From assembly GCA_963705305.1 (NCBI GenBank), contig OY970067.1, forward strand, positions 4,960,001 through 5,024,000: a stretch of DNA of 64,000 bases, read 5' to 3'. Numbering within the stretch: the first letter of the stretch is position 1; every line of letters starts with the position of its first letter. Made by a program: the position numbers and the translations under genes. The notes under the pieces are model-generated. The model saw nothing but the letters and a program-made list of their open reading frames with translations, had not been told where the DNA came from and did not search any database. Shown piece by piece: positions 40,767 through 50,255 of the stretch. This DNA comes from an uncultured Methylomirabilota bacterium (GTDB lineage: Bacteria; Methylomirabilota; Methylomirabilia; Methylomirabilales; 2-02-FULL-66-22).

Positions 40767-41960
40767 TCACTCATTTCCGTCGCTCTCCGCGTCCGGGCCG
40801 CCCCGGCTGAACCCCATCCGATGCCGCACCCAGGTGCCGGCCTTCGCCTCGATCCGCTGGACAACGTCCCGCAGCAGGCCCGCGTACGACTCCTCGCCCA
40901 AGAGGATGCTCACGTACTCCAGAAGAGAGCCGGGCATCCTGGACAGCAGTCGATGCCACCAGCGGGGCATGCGGTGGAAGAGCGCAGCCAGCCTCGAGGC
41001 GGCGCGCAGATCCGGCCAGATCGCCTCGGCGACCGCCCGCTCGTAGCGAGCGGCCGTGTCGGCCGCGTCGCGGGCGTGGAGAACCGCCTCGGCCGCGAAA
41101 CGCCCGCTGCGGATTGCGGAGTAAATGCCTTCTCCCAAAAACGGATCGGCCAGGTGGGCGGCATCCCCGACCAGCAGGACGCCGCGGGCTGCGCAGAGAA
41201 CCGGCTCCCCCCGGGGGGCTGCAACCGGGGCAGCCAGGCAATCGGTGCCGGGGATCACCGGGTACGCGGCGCAGCCGGTGAGAAAGGCGTCCAGCGCCTC
41301 GCGCAGACCGCGCCCGCGCCGATAGTCGAGCATCACCCCCACGTTCACGCGGTCTCCTTTGGGAAAGGCCCATGCGTACCCCCGCGGATACCGCCCCACA
41401 TCCACCAGGACAGTGGCGCGGGACGTGTCGTCCCCGTTCCAGGGCACCTCCGATTCCAAGCCGATATAGGCCGGCGGCGGCCGGCGGGGAAGTAGCTGGG
41501 CCGCCACCAGGCTGTTGGCGCCGTCGGCCCCGATCAGCATCCGGGTCCGCAAGACCTCGTCCCCCGTGCGCACGAGGAGCGCGGATCCTTCGCGCCCGAC
41601 GGCGCGGACCGCTCGACTCTCCCGCACCTGGGCGCCGGCCTCCTCGGCCAGACCGCGCAGCCAAGCATCAAACTCCTCGCGACGAACCATGTAGCCCATG
41701 GGAACGCGCGATGTGACCTCGAAGGGCTGTCGGGACAGATAGGTAAAGACGCCACGCCGGATCGTCGCGCGACAGTAGGGCTCGATCCCGGGCGGCAGGA
41801 GCCGCAGCACGCGGGGGGACAGGGCTCCGCCGCACGCCTTGGGCCGGGGAAAGGCGGCCCGGTCCAGCAGGCAGACACGGGCCCCCGCCTCGGCCAGCAC
41901 CCGAGCCGCCGTGGACCCGCCCGGCCCCGCCCCGACCACCACCACATCGAAATCGGCCAT
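40767..41960 (-). CDS. Geranylgeranyl-reductase-family FAD oxidoreductase
   Basis: DVVVVGAGPGG, FPRPKACGG, R.EFDA.L, IGADGANS, GYAWAFPK, LVGDAA...DPFLGEGI. Confidence 0.9.
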   Translation of the reverse strand: MADFDVVVVGAGPGGSTAARVLAEAGARVCLLDRAAFPRPKACGGALSPRVLRLLPPGIEPYCRATIRRGVFTYLSRQPFEVTSRVPMGYMVRREEFDAWLRGLAEEAGAQVRESRAVRAVGREGSALLVRTGDEVLRTRMLIGADGANSLVAAQLLPRRPPPAYIGLESEVPWNGDDTSRATVLVDVGRYPRGYAWAFPKGDRVNVGVMLDYRRGRGLREALDAFLTGCAAYPVIPGTDCLAAPVAAPRGEPVLCAARGVLLVGDAAHLADPFLGEGIYSAIRSGRFAAEAVLHARDAADTAARYERAVAEAIWPDLRAASRLAALFHRMPRWWHRLLSRMPGSLLEYVSILLGEESYAGLLRDVVQRIEAKAGTWVRHRMGFSRGGPDAESDGNE

Positions 41961-42020
41961 CGTCTCCGTCCCGCGCCCGCAGCGCTTTGCCGCCGATCCG
42001 GGCTGAACCGCCGGGCCCGC

Positions 42021-42311
42021 TCAGCGAGAGCCGAAGCCGCCGTAGCGAGAGAACACGTCGATCAGCTCCTCGATCTTCTTGGCCCGTGCCCGCTCCGTGC
42101 CCGCCTTCATGCTGTCCATCACGCAACTCTCAATGTGCCGGGCCATCAGGATCTTGGAGACCTGCTCCAGCGCCCCCTGGATGGCCGAAATCTGCAGCAT
42201 GATGTCCACGCAATACTTGCTCTCCTCCAGCATGCGCTGGATCCCTTGCACCTGGCCTTCGATTCGCCGAAGGCGAACCAACGCCCGCTCTTTTGTCTCC
42301 GGATCGACCAT
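42021..42311 (-). CDS. csoR: CsoR-family copper-sensing repressor
   Basis: RLRRIEGQVQGIQRM...YCVDI..QISA...HIESC (Cys-His-Cys ligands); AGGAG RBS. Confidence 0.9.
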   Translation of the reverse strand: MVDPETKERALVRLRRIEGQVQGIQRMLEESKYCVDIMLQISAIQGALEQVSKILMARHIESCVMDSMKAGTERARAKKIEELIDVFSRYGGFGSR

Positions 42312-42332
42312 GGGCCTGGCTCCTTTTGTACA

Positions 42333-42377
42333 ATACCCCCGTATGGTATATATAACATTCTTGGTCCGGCCTGTCAA
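42333..42377 (-). promoter_or_regulatory. csoR promoter with CsoR operator
   Basis: Minus strand TTGACA (42377-42372), 17 bp, TATATA, then ATACCATACGGGGGTAT (42349-42333): the ATAC..G-tract..GTAT pseudo-palindrome typical of CsoR sites. Confidence 0.85.
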
Positions 42378-42589
42378 AAGCCGGACAGGCGGTTCTGCCC
42401 GCCCCCCCCGCAGCGGCCCGCAGCCGCTCGGGGGGCGACGCCGGCAGGAGAGGCTGTAGCCGCGGCAGCGGATGTGGTATACAGGGACGGCCGGCCGCGC
42501 CCCAGGGCAAGGGGACCGCGCCGCCCCGGTCCGCGCGGCGCGGCCGGGGCCATTTGCTTTGGCTGGCGTGCGCCGAGGAGGACTGCACC

Positions 42590-42829
42590 ATGGAGCCCAG
42601 GCAGCACCTGCCACCTCCCGGAGAGGGCGGGACACCCATCCCCGACGTGGCCGACGGAAAGCCGGCCATGCGGATCGGTGCGCTGGTCCTCGCCTTCGGC
42701 TGCGTCTTGATGGTCGTTGCGGACTCGTTGGGCGTCCTGGGCGGCAAGATCGTTGGGGGCGTCGTGATGCTGGGAGGCTTCCTCACCTATCTGGTCGGCC
42801 GCGTCCGCTATCGGAGGCAAGCGAGATAG
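42590..42829 (+). CDS. Small two-TM membrane protein
   Basis: GAGGAGG RBS, two hydrophobic helices, basic tail. Confidence 0.6.
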   Translation: MEPRQHLPPPGEGGTPIPDVADGKPAMRIGALVLAFGCVLMVVADSLGVLGGKIVGGVVMLGGFLTYLVGRVRYRRQAR

Positions 42830-43244
42830 CCTCTTTCTGAAGATATCTAATCGCCAAGCCGCCAAGAATAACAGGGTTGGATCGGGCAGAATGCCAAGGG
42901 ACCCGAACCGTGTCACGTCTCCCGGCGGAGCCTTCCGGATCATCGAACCAATACCGCCGGGCGCCTCGGAAGCCGCTTGCGTTTTGGTGCGCACCGGCGG
43001 TATGCTTCCACCGATTCATCTCGGCCGACCAGGCCGACCCGCCTCGTGTTCCCGGCCGCGCGCGGCCTTGATATGTCGGGGAGGTGTCGCGCCCCGATGT
43101 CTTCTCTCTCATGGGCCAAGAGCAGGGAGTCCGCTTGCCAGTCGCCTCGGCCTGAGAGAGCCGCCCCGGAAGGGGCAATCCTCCGGACCACGGCACCGCG
43201 GAGCGTTGCCCCATCGCGCGACCATGCGAGAAGGAGGAACGGGC

Positions 43245-43628
43245 ATGGCGGAGTTGGTGGAGCGCCGAAAGATGCCTCGGGTACGGATCGCCGGGCAGCT
43301 CGGCGGCCGGGCGCGGGCCACGCTGGATGTCCGTCTGTTGGATCTCAGCGTCAGCGGCGCGCGCATCGCACACTACGAGGTGCTCCGGCCGAGCGCCCCG
43401 TGCTCCTTCCAATTGCCTTCGGCCATCGGGGCAGCCACGCTGCCGGCCCGCATCGTCTGGAGCCGGTTGGTGGGCTCCGAGCGCAACGAGGCCGGTGAGC
43501 GGATCCTCTGCTACCAAAGCGGCCTGGTATTCACGAGCCTCACCGACGAGCAGCGCGCGGCGCTGGAATCCGTGGTGGCCCGCATTACTCCGAGCGGCGG
43601 GCTAGGGCTCATCTCGCTGATTCTGTGA
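43245..43628 (+). CDS. Stand-alone PilZ-domain protein
   Basis: ERRKMPR (RxxxR), DLSVSG (DxSxxG), ARIVW, GLVF; AAGGAGG RBS. Confidence 0.85.
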   Translation: MAELVERRKMPRVRIAGQLGGRARATLDVRLLDLSVSGARIAHYEVLRPSAPCSFQLPSAIGAATLPARIVWSRLVGSERNEAGERILCYQSGLVFTSLTDEQRAALESVVARITPSGGLGLISLIL

Positions 43629-43923
43629 GGCGGCCCGGGACGCGCGGCCGTGCCGGCGCAGAGGACGCCGCAGAGCGAAATCACCCGCTGGCGGCAATGG
43701 GGGAACGCAGAAGGCCCCGGCGAGACCCCGACGCCGAACGCTTTCGGCATTCGCGTCATTCCCGCCGGGGTCGGCAGGCGTGCACCGGAGGGCGGTCTGG
43801 CGTCTCCCCCGGCGATCATTGGGTCACAGGCTGACCAGGAGACCCCAGAGCAGACTCAGCGCTCCCGCCAGGAGCAGCAGCGTCCAGTCGGAAGCGGTCA
43901 CATCCCGAATACTCCCGAGCAAT

Positions 43924-44148
43924 CTATCGACCACGGGCCGCTCGCGAATGGACGCGGCCCTTCCCGGACAGGCCGTCGGGTGGAAGGCGCCAGTAGGCTA
44001 CCCATGCCGGTTCGCACTCCGCAGCCGCAACCGGAGCGGGAAGTCCCAGATCGAAATCGAACGCCTTGGCCTCGGTCTCGGCCATCTCCTCCAGAAGGCG
44101 CAATTCCTGCTCGGGAGACCACACCTCGACGACTTCTCGAACCATCAT
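43924..44148 (-). CDS. Small acidic hypothetical protein (74 aa)
   Basis: Strong RBS AAGGAGGAG ahead of ATG ATG; downstream of the ferritin-like gene on the same strand. Confidence 0.55.
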   Translation of the reverse strand: MMVREVVEVWSPEQELRLLEEMAETEAKAFDFDLGLPAPVAAAECEPAWVAYWRLPPDGLSGKGRVHSRAARGR

Positions 44149-44305
44149 CTATTCTCCTCCTTGCCACGTCGCTCGTGCGGAGACGAGAGCAAGCGGGCTC
44201 GGGCCCGCGATGAGGTTGAACTGGCTCTCTGGCCCGGGATGCGGCGTGGGGGACCGCCCCGCTCGAGTCCGGCCCCGCCACCGATTCGCTCGTTCCGCCC
44301 CATCC

Positions 44306-44815
44306 TCACTGCAAATAGGCCGTCGGAGCCATGCGCCGGATAGACCGGAACCACTTCGCCACCACCGGTCGGTCGGCCTCCAGGCCGTACAGCATGGACT
44401 GGAGCCGCGCCAGGTGATCCTCCTCTTCGGCGCGCAGCATCTCCAGCAAGGCAAGGATCTCTTCGCGTCCCGCACTTTCTTCGGCGAGCTCTGCGAAGAG
44501 CTGCTGCGAGCGCCTCTCCTCGGCCATGGTTACGCGCAGGATCTCCTCCTCGCTCTGCGGCATCGTTTCGGGCACGTCGCCCAGCGGAACCGTGAGATCC
44601 AGTTGATTCAAGCAGTCGTCAGCCACGCCATCCATGAGGCTCACCAGCGTCAAGAGATGCCGGAGCTCATCTAGCGCCAGTTGATTATACAGGCGTCGAG
44701 CCTTGGGGCAGGTGCAGCGTTTGGCGGCGGCTGTGAGGCGAGCGAACGAGGCTTTTACTTTGTCGATGGCTGTCAGGATGATGTCGCGCTCGCCTTCGGT
44801 TGCCGTTGCACTCAT
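44306..44815 (-). CDS. Ferritin-like (rubrerythrin-fold) protein
   Basis: Two helix pairs ending LALDELRH and LRAEEEDH, plus MAEE; start MSATAT. Confidence 0.75.
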   Translation of the reverse strand: MSATATEGERDIILTAIDKVKASFARLTAAAKRCTCPKARRLYNQLALDELRHLLTLVSLMDGVADDCLNQLDLTVPLGDVPETMPQSEEEILRVTMAEERRSQQLFAELAEESAGREEILALLEMLRAEEEDHLARLQSMLYGLEADRPVVAKWFRSIRRMAPTAYLQ

Positions 44816-44910
44816 GTTCTTTTCCACCCTCGCCGCCGCGCTTTCCCCGGCGGTGACAAGCCCGGCCGACCAGCCCCATTCCAATCCCCTGCACAAACAC
44901 TCGCATTCTC

Positions 44911-44926
44911 AGCAAGGGTGGTGCCA
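44911..44926 (-). promoter_or_regulatory. sigma54 (-24/-12) promoter
   Basis: Minus strand TGGCAC-CACCC-TTGCT, consensus match, about 95 bp upstream of the ferritin-like ATG. Confidence 0.8.
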
Positions 44927-44975
44927 CGGTCGCTTCCCTGAGAACATATCTGACCCGTTCGATCCCTTTCATATT

Positions 44976-44988
44976 TATCAATCGGTTA
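44976..44988 (+). promoter_or_regulatory. IHF binding site
   Basis: TATCAATCGGTTA matches WATCAANNNNTTR; in an AT-rich patch 50 bp upstream of the sigma54 site. Confidence 0.65.
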
Positions 44989-45451
44989 CAGCTGAGGATA
45001 GGATTTCCAACGGGCTGACAATTGGGAACATTGTGATGCCGACCGGCGAGACTGTCCCATTCGACAGCAGCCCCTGTGGGAAATCGCGCAAGGACTCGCT
45101 GAGCGATGCATGAACTACAGACAAGCTTCCAACGATGAGCCTCGTGGGCCGGGTCGGAAGCACGGCCTGCTTGGGAGATTCCCTGTCCCCGTGCCTGCTT
45201 TTAGAGACATCCAGGATTGGATTAGACCTGATTGGAGTCCCTGGCAATTCTCCCCGGCATGGAGAAGCGCCGGTCGATCTTGGCGTCCCGCCCGTGCCGG
45301 ATCCGGGCGGGGATTGGCACGGTCGCGCTAGCCGGCCGGGTTCGCGCGATCGGGCCGGCAGCCGTCCGGCAGGGCGGCCGCGCCTCCCGCGCCCGATGGT
45401 GCGATCGTCCCAACAACCCGACCGGCAGGCAGCCGCTTTCCTGCTCTCCGC

Positions 45452-45508
45452 TTGACAGCGCCGGGAGCGACCAGTATAGTCCGACCAGAAATTGAAATTC
45501 ATTTTCAT
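45452..45508 (+). promoter_or_regulatory. sigma70 promoter with Fur box
   Basis: TTGACA (45452-45457), 17 bp, TATAGT (45475-45480); TGAAATTCATTTTCA (45493-45507) AT-rich inverted repeat just upstream of fur. Confidence 0.82.
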
Positions 45509-45536
45509 AATCTGTTCGAGATGATGAGGATGTGCC

Positions 45537-46022
45537 ATGGCCGATTCCGGGCCCCGCCTCCAGGATTTTGCCGCGTTCTTGGCCCGCTCGGGCCTCAAGG
45601 CGACCCGCCAGCGTGAGCGCATCGTGCGCGCGTTCTTCGCCGCCCGGCGGCACGTCAGCGCCGAGGAGCTCTATCACCAGATCCACGACCAAGACCCCGG
45701 TATCGGCCTGGTGACGGTCTACCGGACTCTCAAGCTGCTGCGCGAGGCGGGGCTGGCCACTGGGCGGCAGTTCGGGGATGCCTACACCCGCTTCGATCCC
45801 AACCCGGCCGACTGGGCGCACCACCATCTGATCTGCACCCGCTGCGGGAAGATCCAGGAGTTCCAGGACACCACCCTCCAGTCCCTGCGCCGGCGGGTGG
45901 CCCGCACCAGGGGATTCACCGTCACCAACCAGAAACTCGAGTTGTACGGCGTCTGCCGGGACTGCGCACGGTTGGGACGGATCCGGACGCCGCGGAGCGG
46001 CGCCGCCAGGCTCTCAGCCTGA
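45537..46022 (+). CDS. fur: Fur-family transcriptional repressor
   Basis: GLKATRQRE, HVSAEELY, IGLVTVYRTL, HHHLICTRCG, LYGVCRDC. Confidence 0.88.
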   Translation: MADSGPRLQDFAAFLARSGLKATRQRERIVRAFFAARRHVSAEELYHQIHDQDPGIGLVTVYRTLKLLREAGLATGRQFGDAYTRFDPNPADWAHHHLICTRCGKIQEFQDTTLQSLRRRVARTRGFTVTNQKLELYGVCRDCARLGRIRTPRSGAARLSA

Positions 46023-46040
46023 CGGGCGAGGAGGCCGGGA

Positions 46041-46769
46041 ATGGATGATGGCGCACCCTCCGGGCTCACCGACGAGATCCTGGAGGATCTCCTGGCGGCC
46101 CTCCATCGGCTCGAGGCACAAGGGCGAGTCGCTGCAGCCGCGGCAGACGTCGCCGCCTTCGCCCAGTTGACGCCGGACGTGGCCGACCGGGCCTTGCGCG
46201 AGCTCCGGGCACGCGGCCTGCTTGCCGACGGCGGCCCGCCGCATATCCGCCTGACACCCGAAGGGCGGCGGCAGGCGGCGGGGGTCCTTCGTCGGCACCG
46301 CCTCTCGGAGCGCCTGTTCGCCGATGTCCTGGGGCTGCCCTGGGATCGCGTCCACGAGGAGGCGATGCGGTTCGAGCACGCGCTGACGCCGGAGGCAGAG
46401 GCCCGGCTGGCCACCCTGCTCCACGATCCGGAGACCTGCCCCCACGGGGCGCCGATTCCGTCGGCCAACGGCCAGGTGGCCCCTCGGGACACCAGGACCT
46501 TGGACCAGATCCCGGCGGGACGCCGCGTCTGGATCCAGCAGATCGTAAAGGAAGAACCGCCCTTCCTACGATATCTGGCCAGCCTGGGCCTCCTCCCCCG
46601 CGCCGAGATTCAGGTGGAGGAAGTCGCGCCCTTCGGAGGGCCGCTTCTGGTGCAGGTGGGAAACGCCCGCTACGCCCTGGGGCGCGACGTGGCGGCCAAG
46701 ATTTTGGTCCGCGAGATATGGGGCCCTCCCGGACCGCGCCGGCTGCGCCGAAGACATCGCGGGTCGTGA
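46041..46769 (+). CDS. DtxR/MntR-family metalloregulator with C-terminal FeoA domain
   Basis: LTPEG...VLRRHRLSERLF..VLG...HEEA.RFEH, CPHGAPIP; FeoA-like LRYLASLGL.P...APFGGP...ALGRDVAAKI. Confidence 0.88.
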   Translation: MDDGAPSGLTDEILEDLLAALHRLEAQGRVAAAAADVAAFAQLTPDVADRALRELRARGLLADGGPPHIRLTPEGRRQAAGVLRRHRLSERLFADVLGLPWDRVHEEAMRFEHALTPEAEARLATLLHDPETCPHGAPIPSANGQVAPRDTRTLDQIPAGRRVWIQQIVKEEPPFLRYLASLGLLPRAEIQVEEVAPFGGPLLVQVGNARYALGRDVAAKILVREIWGPPGPRRLRRRHRGS

Positions 46770-46806
46770 GGGGCGCCCCGCATCATCGGCATGAGGGAGG
46801 GGCAGC

Positions 46807-48825
46807 GTGCCCATGAACTGTCACGGGGCCCTGCAGCAGTTGCGAGAGGGCGTCCAGCTCTCCGTGGCCCTGGCCGGGAATCCCAACGTTGGCAAATCGA
46901 GCATCTTCAATCACCTCACCGGGATGGGGGTGGCCACCGCCAACTATCCCGGGAAGACGGTGGAGGTCCAGCTGGCCGAGACCCGTCTGGGAGACCAGGT
47001 CATCGGCGTGATCGACCTGCCCGGCACGTATGCGCTGGGCGGAATTTCCGAGGATCAGTGGGTGGCCCGCCAGGCCCTGCTGGACGGCTGCCCGGATACC
47101 GTCATTCTGGTGCTGGACGCCACCAACCTGGCCCGCAACCTCTACCTGGGACTCCAGATTTTAGACATGGGCATGCCCATGGTGGTGGCTCTGAACGTCG
47201 TGGACCAGGCCGAGGCCCACGGCATCCGGGTGGACACGGAGCGGCTGGCGGAGATCCTCGGCAGCCCCGTGATTCCGACGGTGGCGACCCGCGGGACCGG
47301 GCTGGACAGCCTGATGGCGCAGGCGGTGCACCTGGCTACGCACCCCGCCCCGCTCAAGCCGCACCTTCGCTACAGCGAAGACGTGGAGGCGGCCATCGCC
47401 AAACTGGAGCGGGGGCTGGCCGACCGCCGCGACCGGCCACGCGGTCTTCCGCCGCGGGCGGTGGCCATCCTGCTCTTGGAAGGGGACCCCGAATTCGGGG
47501 CCTGGCTGGCGGCGGCCCAGGGGGCGGCGGAGCTGACCCGGCTGCGCGACGAACTGGTCGCCACGCTCCGGGACTTGCGGGGAGAAGATCCGGCCTATCT
47601 CCTCTCCAGGGAGCGGCACGGCCTGGCCGGCCTGATCGCCGCCGAGGTGGAGCGGCGGGAGGTCAGGCGCCCACTCCTGGCGGACCGGCTCTGGCGCCTC
47701 ACCACCGCTCCGCTCACCGGCCTGCCGCTCCTGGGTCTCGTCCTGGCGGGCATGTTCACCTTCCTGTTCGTGGTCGGAAACTGGCTCTCCGACGGATTCA
47801 GCGCCCTGTGGTCGGCCTACGCATCGCCGGCCATCCAATGGCCGGTGCACGCCGTGCTGGGCGGCGGGATCGCCGCGCGCACGCTGCTGTGGGGCGTCGA
47901 TGACGGGATCAACGCCGCACTGGCCGTGGGCATCCCGTACGTCCTGACGTTCTACCTCCTCCTCGGCCTGCTGGAGGACAGCGGGTACCTGAACGCCGCG
48001 ACCTTCCTGACCGATCGGGTTATGCACAAGATGGGACTGCACGGCCGGGCCATGATCCCGCTGGTGGCCGGCGCCGGGTGCAACGTTCCCGCCATCCTGG
48101 GGACGCGGGTCCTGGGCAGCATGCGGGAGCGCGTCATCGCCAACACCCTGGTCGTGCTCACCCCGTGCAGCGCCCGCACCGCCGTGATCCTGGGGGCCGT
48201 GGCGCTCACGGCGGGCTGGAAAGCCGCCCTCGGCATCTACGCCGTCACCGCCGCCTTGGCGTTTGCCACCGGCGTCGGCCTGCACCGCTTCCTGCCGGGA
48301 GAGGGAACCGGCCTGGTGATGGAGATGTTCCCCTTCCGGCGGCCGGGCGCTCTGGCCATCCTGAAAAAGACCTGGTTCCGGTTCCACGACTTTGTGGTGG
48401 TGGCCACGCCCATCGTCCTGGGCGGCAGCCTGGTCCTGGGCGGCCTCTACGAGACGGGGCTGCTGTGGGCCCTGGCGGCGCCGCTGCGGCCCCTCATGGA
48501 GGGCTGGCTGGGCATTCCCGCCGTGGCCGGCCTGACTCTGATCGTGGCGGTCCTCCGGAAGGAGCTGGCGCTGCAACTGCTGGTAACCCTGGCCATGGTC
48601 CAGTACGGACCCCAGGCCAAGAACCTCCTCACCTTCATGCGACCAGACCAGATCGTGGTCTACGCCCTGGTCAACACGATCTACTTTCCCTGCGTGGCCA
48701 CCCTGGCCGTCCTGGCGCGGGAGCTGGGCTGGCGGAGGGCCCTCTTGATCTGCGGTTTCACGGTGGTGTTGGCCCTCTTGGTTGGCGGGGCGGCCCGCGG
48801 CGCCTTTTCCCTCTTCGGATACTGA
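46807..48825 (+). CDS. feoB: Ferrous iron transporter FeoB
   Basis: GNPNVGKS, NYPGKTVE, DLPGTY, LEDSGY, GCNVPA, PCSAR, YFPCVAT. Confidence 0.93.
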   Translation: MPMNCHGALQQLREGVQLSVALAGNPNVGKSSIFNHLTGMGVATANYPGKTVEVQLAETRLGDQVIGVIDLPGTYALGGISEDQWVARQALLDGCPDTVILVLDATNLARNLYLGLQILDMGMPMVVALNVVDQAEAHGIRVDTERLAEILGSPVIPTVATRGTGLDSLMAQAVHLATHPAPLKPHLRYSEDVEAAIAKLERGLADRRDRPRGLPPRAVAILLLEGDPEFGAWLAAAQGAAELTRLRDELVATLRDLRGEDPAYLLSRERHGLAGLIAAEVERREVRRPLLADRLWRLTTAPLTGLPLLGLVLAGMFTFLFVVGNWLSDGFSALWSAYASPAIQWPVHAVLGGGIAARTLLWGVDDGINAALAVGIPYVLTFYLLLGLLEDSGYLNAATFLTDRVMHKMGLHGRAMIPLVAGAGCNVPAILGTRVLGSMRERVIANTLVVLTPCSARTAVILGAVALTAGWKAALGIYAVTAALAFATGVGLHRFLPGEGTGLVMEMFPFRRPGALAILKKTWFRFHDFVVVATPIVLGGSLVLGGLYETGLLWALAAPLRPLMEGWLGIPAVAGLTLIVAVLRKELALQLLVTLAMVQYGPQAKNLLTFMRPDQIVVYALVNTIYFPCVATLAVLARELGWRRALLICGFTVVLALLVGGAARGAFSLFGY

Positions 48826-48887
48826 TCGACGCCGGGAGGGGCCGCCCAGCATCGGGGCGGGCGGATTGGAGGCGGGGGGATCGAGGG

Positions 48888-50162
48888 TCAGATCCGGCTG
48901 AGCAGCCTCGCCAGGCGGACTCGGAACGGCTTGCCGCCGAGCTCCTGCCAGGTGTCCGCGAAGGCCCGGCGCAGGCCGTCCATCTCCGCCTGGAGCGCCG
49001 CCAGGTAGGCGGCCACCGGGGTGAGGTCGCTGCCGCCGGGCAGCACCGTGCCCGCCGCATACTCCCGCAGCAGGCCGGCCGCCACCCAGCGGTCGTGGAG
49101 CTGCCCGAGCCGGTCCTGGCTCTCAACCGCCAGCGCAACCATCGGCCGCACCCGCACGCCCAGCGCGCTCTCGAAGAATTCCAGCAGATATCGGAACCGC
49201 TTGATCTCGATGCGCAGCGCGTGCAGTGTCTCGATCGATGGGCCTTCGAGAGGCTCATAGACGCGAACGGCCGCATACTGGCTCCAGATGGCCGGCGGGA
49301 CCACGTCGCAGACCCGCGCCGGTCCGGGGCCCGAGTCCGCCGGCGGCGCGTCCTTGCCCCCGCCGGCCGATCGCGCCTCCGCCAGGAAGGCCTGGAAGTC
49401 CTTGCGGAACCTGGCGAACCGCTTGGACGCCAGGTACGCCTGCAGGTCGCGGCGCGCGTCCGCCCGCTCCTCCTGCAGGGCGCGAATCCACTCCCAGAGC
49501 CCCGCGCCGCCAGCGGGTGGTTGCTGCGCGCCCGCGACCGCGTGGGCCAGGATGACATCCAGATCGCGGACGGCCCCCAGCGCGCGGGTCGCTGCCTGCA
49601 GCTCCCCCGCCAACCCGCGCACGCGCTTGCGCCGGAAAAAGGGGCGGGCGATGCGGAGGGCCGCCCGCAGGCGGCGAAAAGCCACGCGCATATCGTGCAC
49701 CGCATCCTCGTCCGCCTCGAAGGCTGCCCCTTCCAGCTTTTTCACCCGGCCGAAGTGGAACGCCAGGATCTTGCGGAGGGCATCCGCCATCGGACCCGTC
49801 CGCCGGATCCGGGGGCGGCGCACACCCGCTTTCTGCCCGCCGCCCGCCGAATCGCCGCCCACGGGGGCGCCGGCCCGGTCGGGGGCGTAGGGCGTCACGG
49901 CCGGGTCCGGCGCCGAGCCCGCCCGGGGCCGCTCCGGGGGAGGTGGGGGGAAGATGTCGAGCCGCCGTCGCCTAAAGGCGGCCACCCAGTGCCGCACCTG
50001 GCCCGGCCGGAGCCCCGACACCTTGGCGGTCCGCCGGATATCCGGATCGGATGCCCAGTGGAGGATGGCCCGGGCTCGCCGCGGGTCCTCGCCGTCGCCG
50101 GCGGCGATGTCGGCCAGGACGCGGGCCTCGGTTCGGGTCAGGGATCTCGTACTCTTGGTCAT
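48888..50162 (-). CDS. CHAD-domain (polyphosphate-binding) protein with N-terminal HTH
   Basis: VHDMRVAFRRLR, LGAVRDLDV, LHALRIEIKRFRY, QDRLGQLHD; N-terminal RARAIL...TAKVSG...VRHWV..F. Confidence 0.85.
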   Translation of the reverse strand: MTKSTRSLTRTEARVLADIAAGDGEDPRRARAILHWASDPDIRRTAKVSGLRPGQVRHWVAAFRRRRLDIFPPPPPERPRAGSAPDPAVTPYAPDRAGAPVGGDSAGGGQKAGVRRPRIRRTGPMADALRKILAFHFGRVKKLEGAAFEADEDAVHDMRVAFRRLRAALRIARPFFRRKRVRGLAGELQAATRALGAVRDLDVILAHAVAGAQQPPAGGAGLWEWIRALQEERADARRDLQAYLASKRFARFRKDFQAFLAEARSAGGGKDAPPADSGPGPARVCDVVPPAIWSQYAAVRVYEPLEGPSIETLHALRIEIKRFRYLLEFFESALGVRVRPMVALAVESQDRLGQLHDRWVAAGLLREYAAGTVLPGGSDLTPVAAYLAALQAEMDGLRRAFADTWQELGGKPFRVRLARLLSRI

Positions 50163-50255
50163 TCCGCAATCCACCGTGCGCGGTCCCGAACGAAGGCGAG
50201 GGGCATCCGCACCTTCTCGATCACCCCGGGCGAAAACGGATCTTTCAGCATCCGG

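Noticed and set aside
43000..43244. c-di-GMP riboswitch upstream of the PilZ gene
   Set aside because: No GEMM-like GGCAAAC...GAAA...GACGCAAAGC core recognisable.
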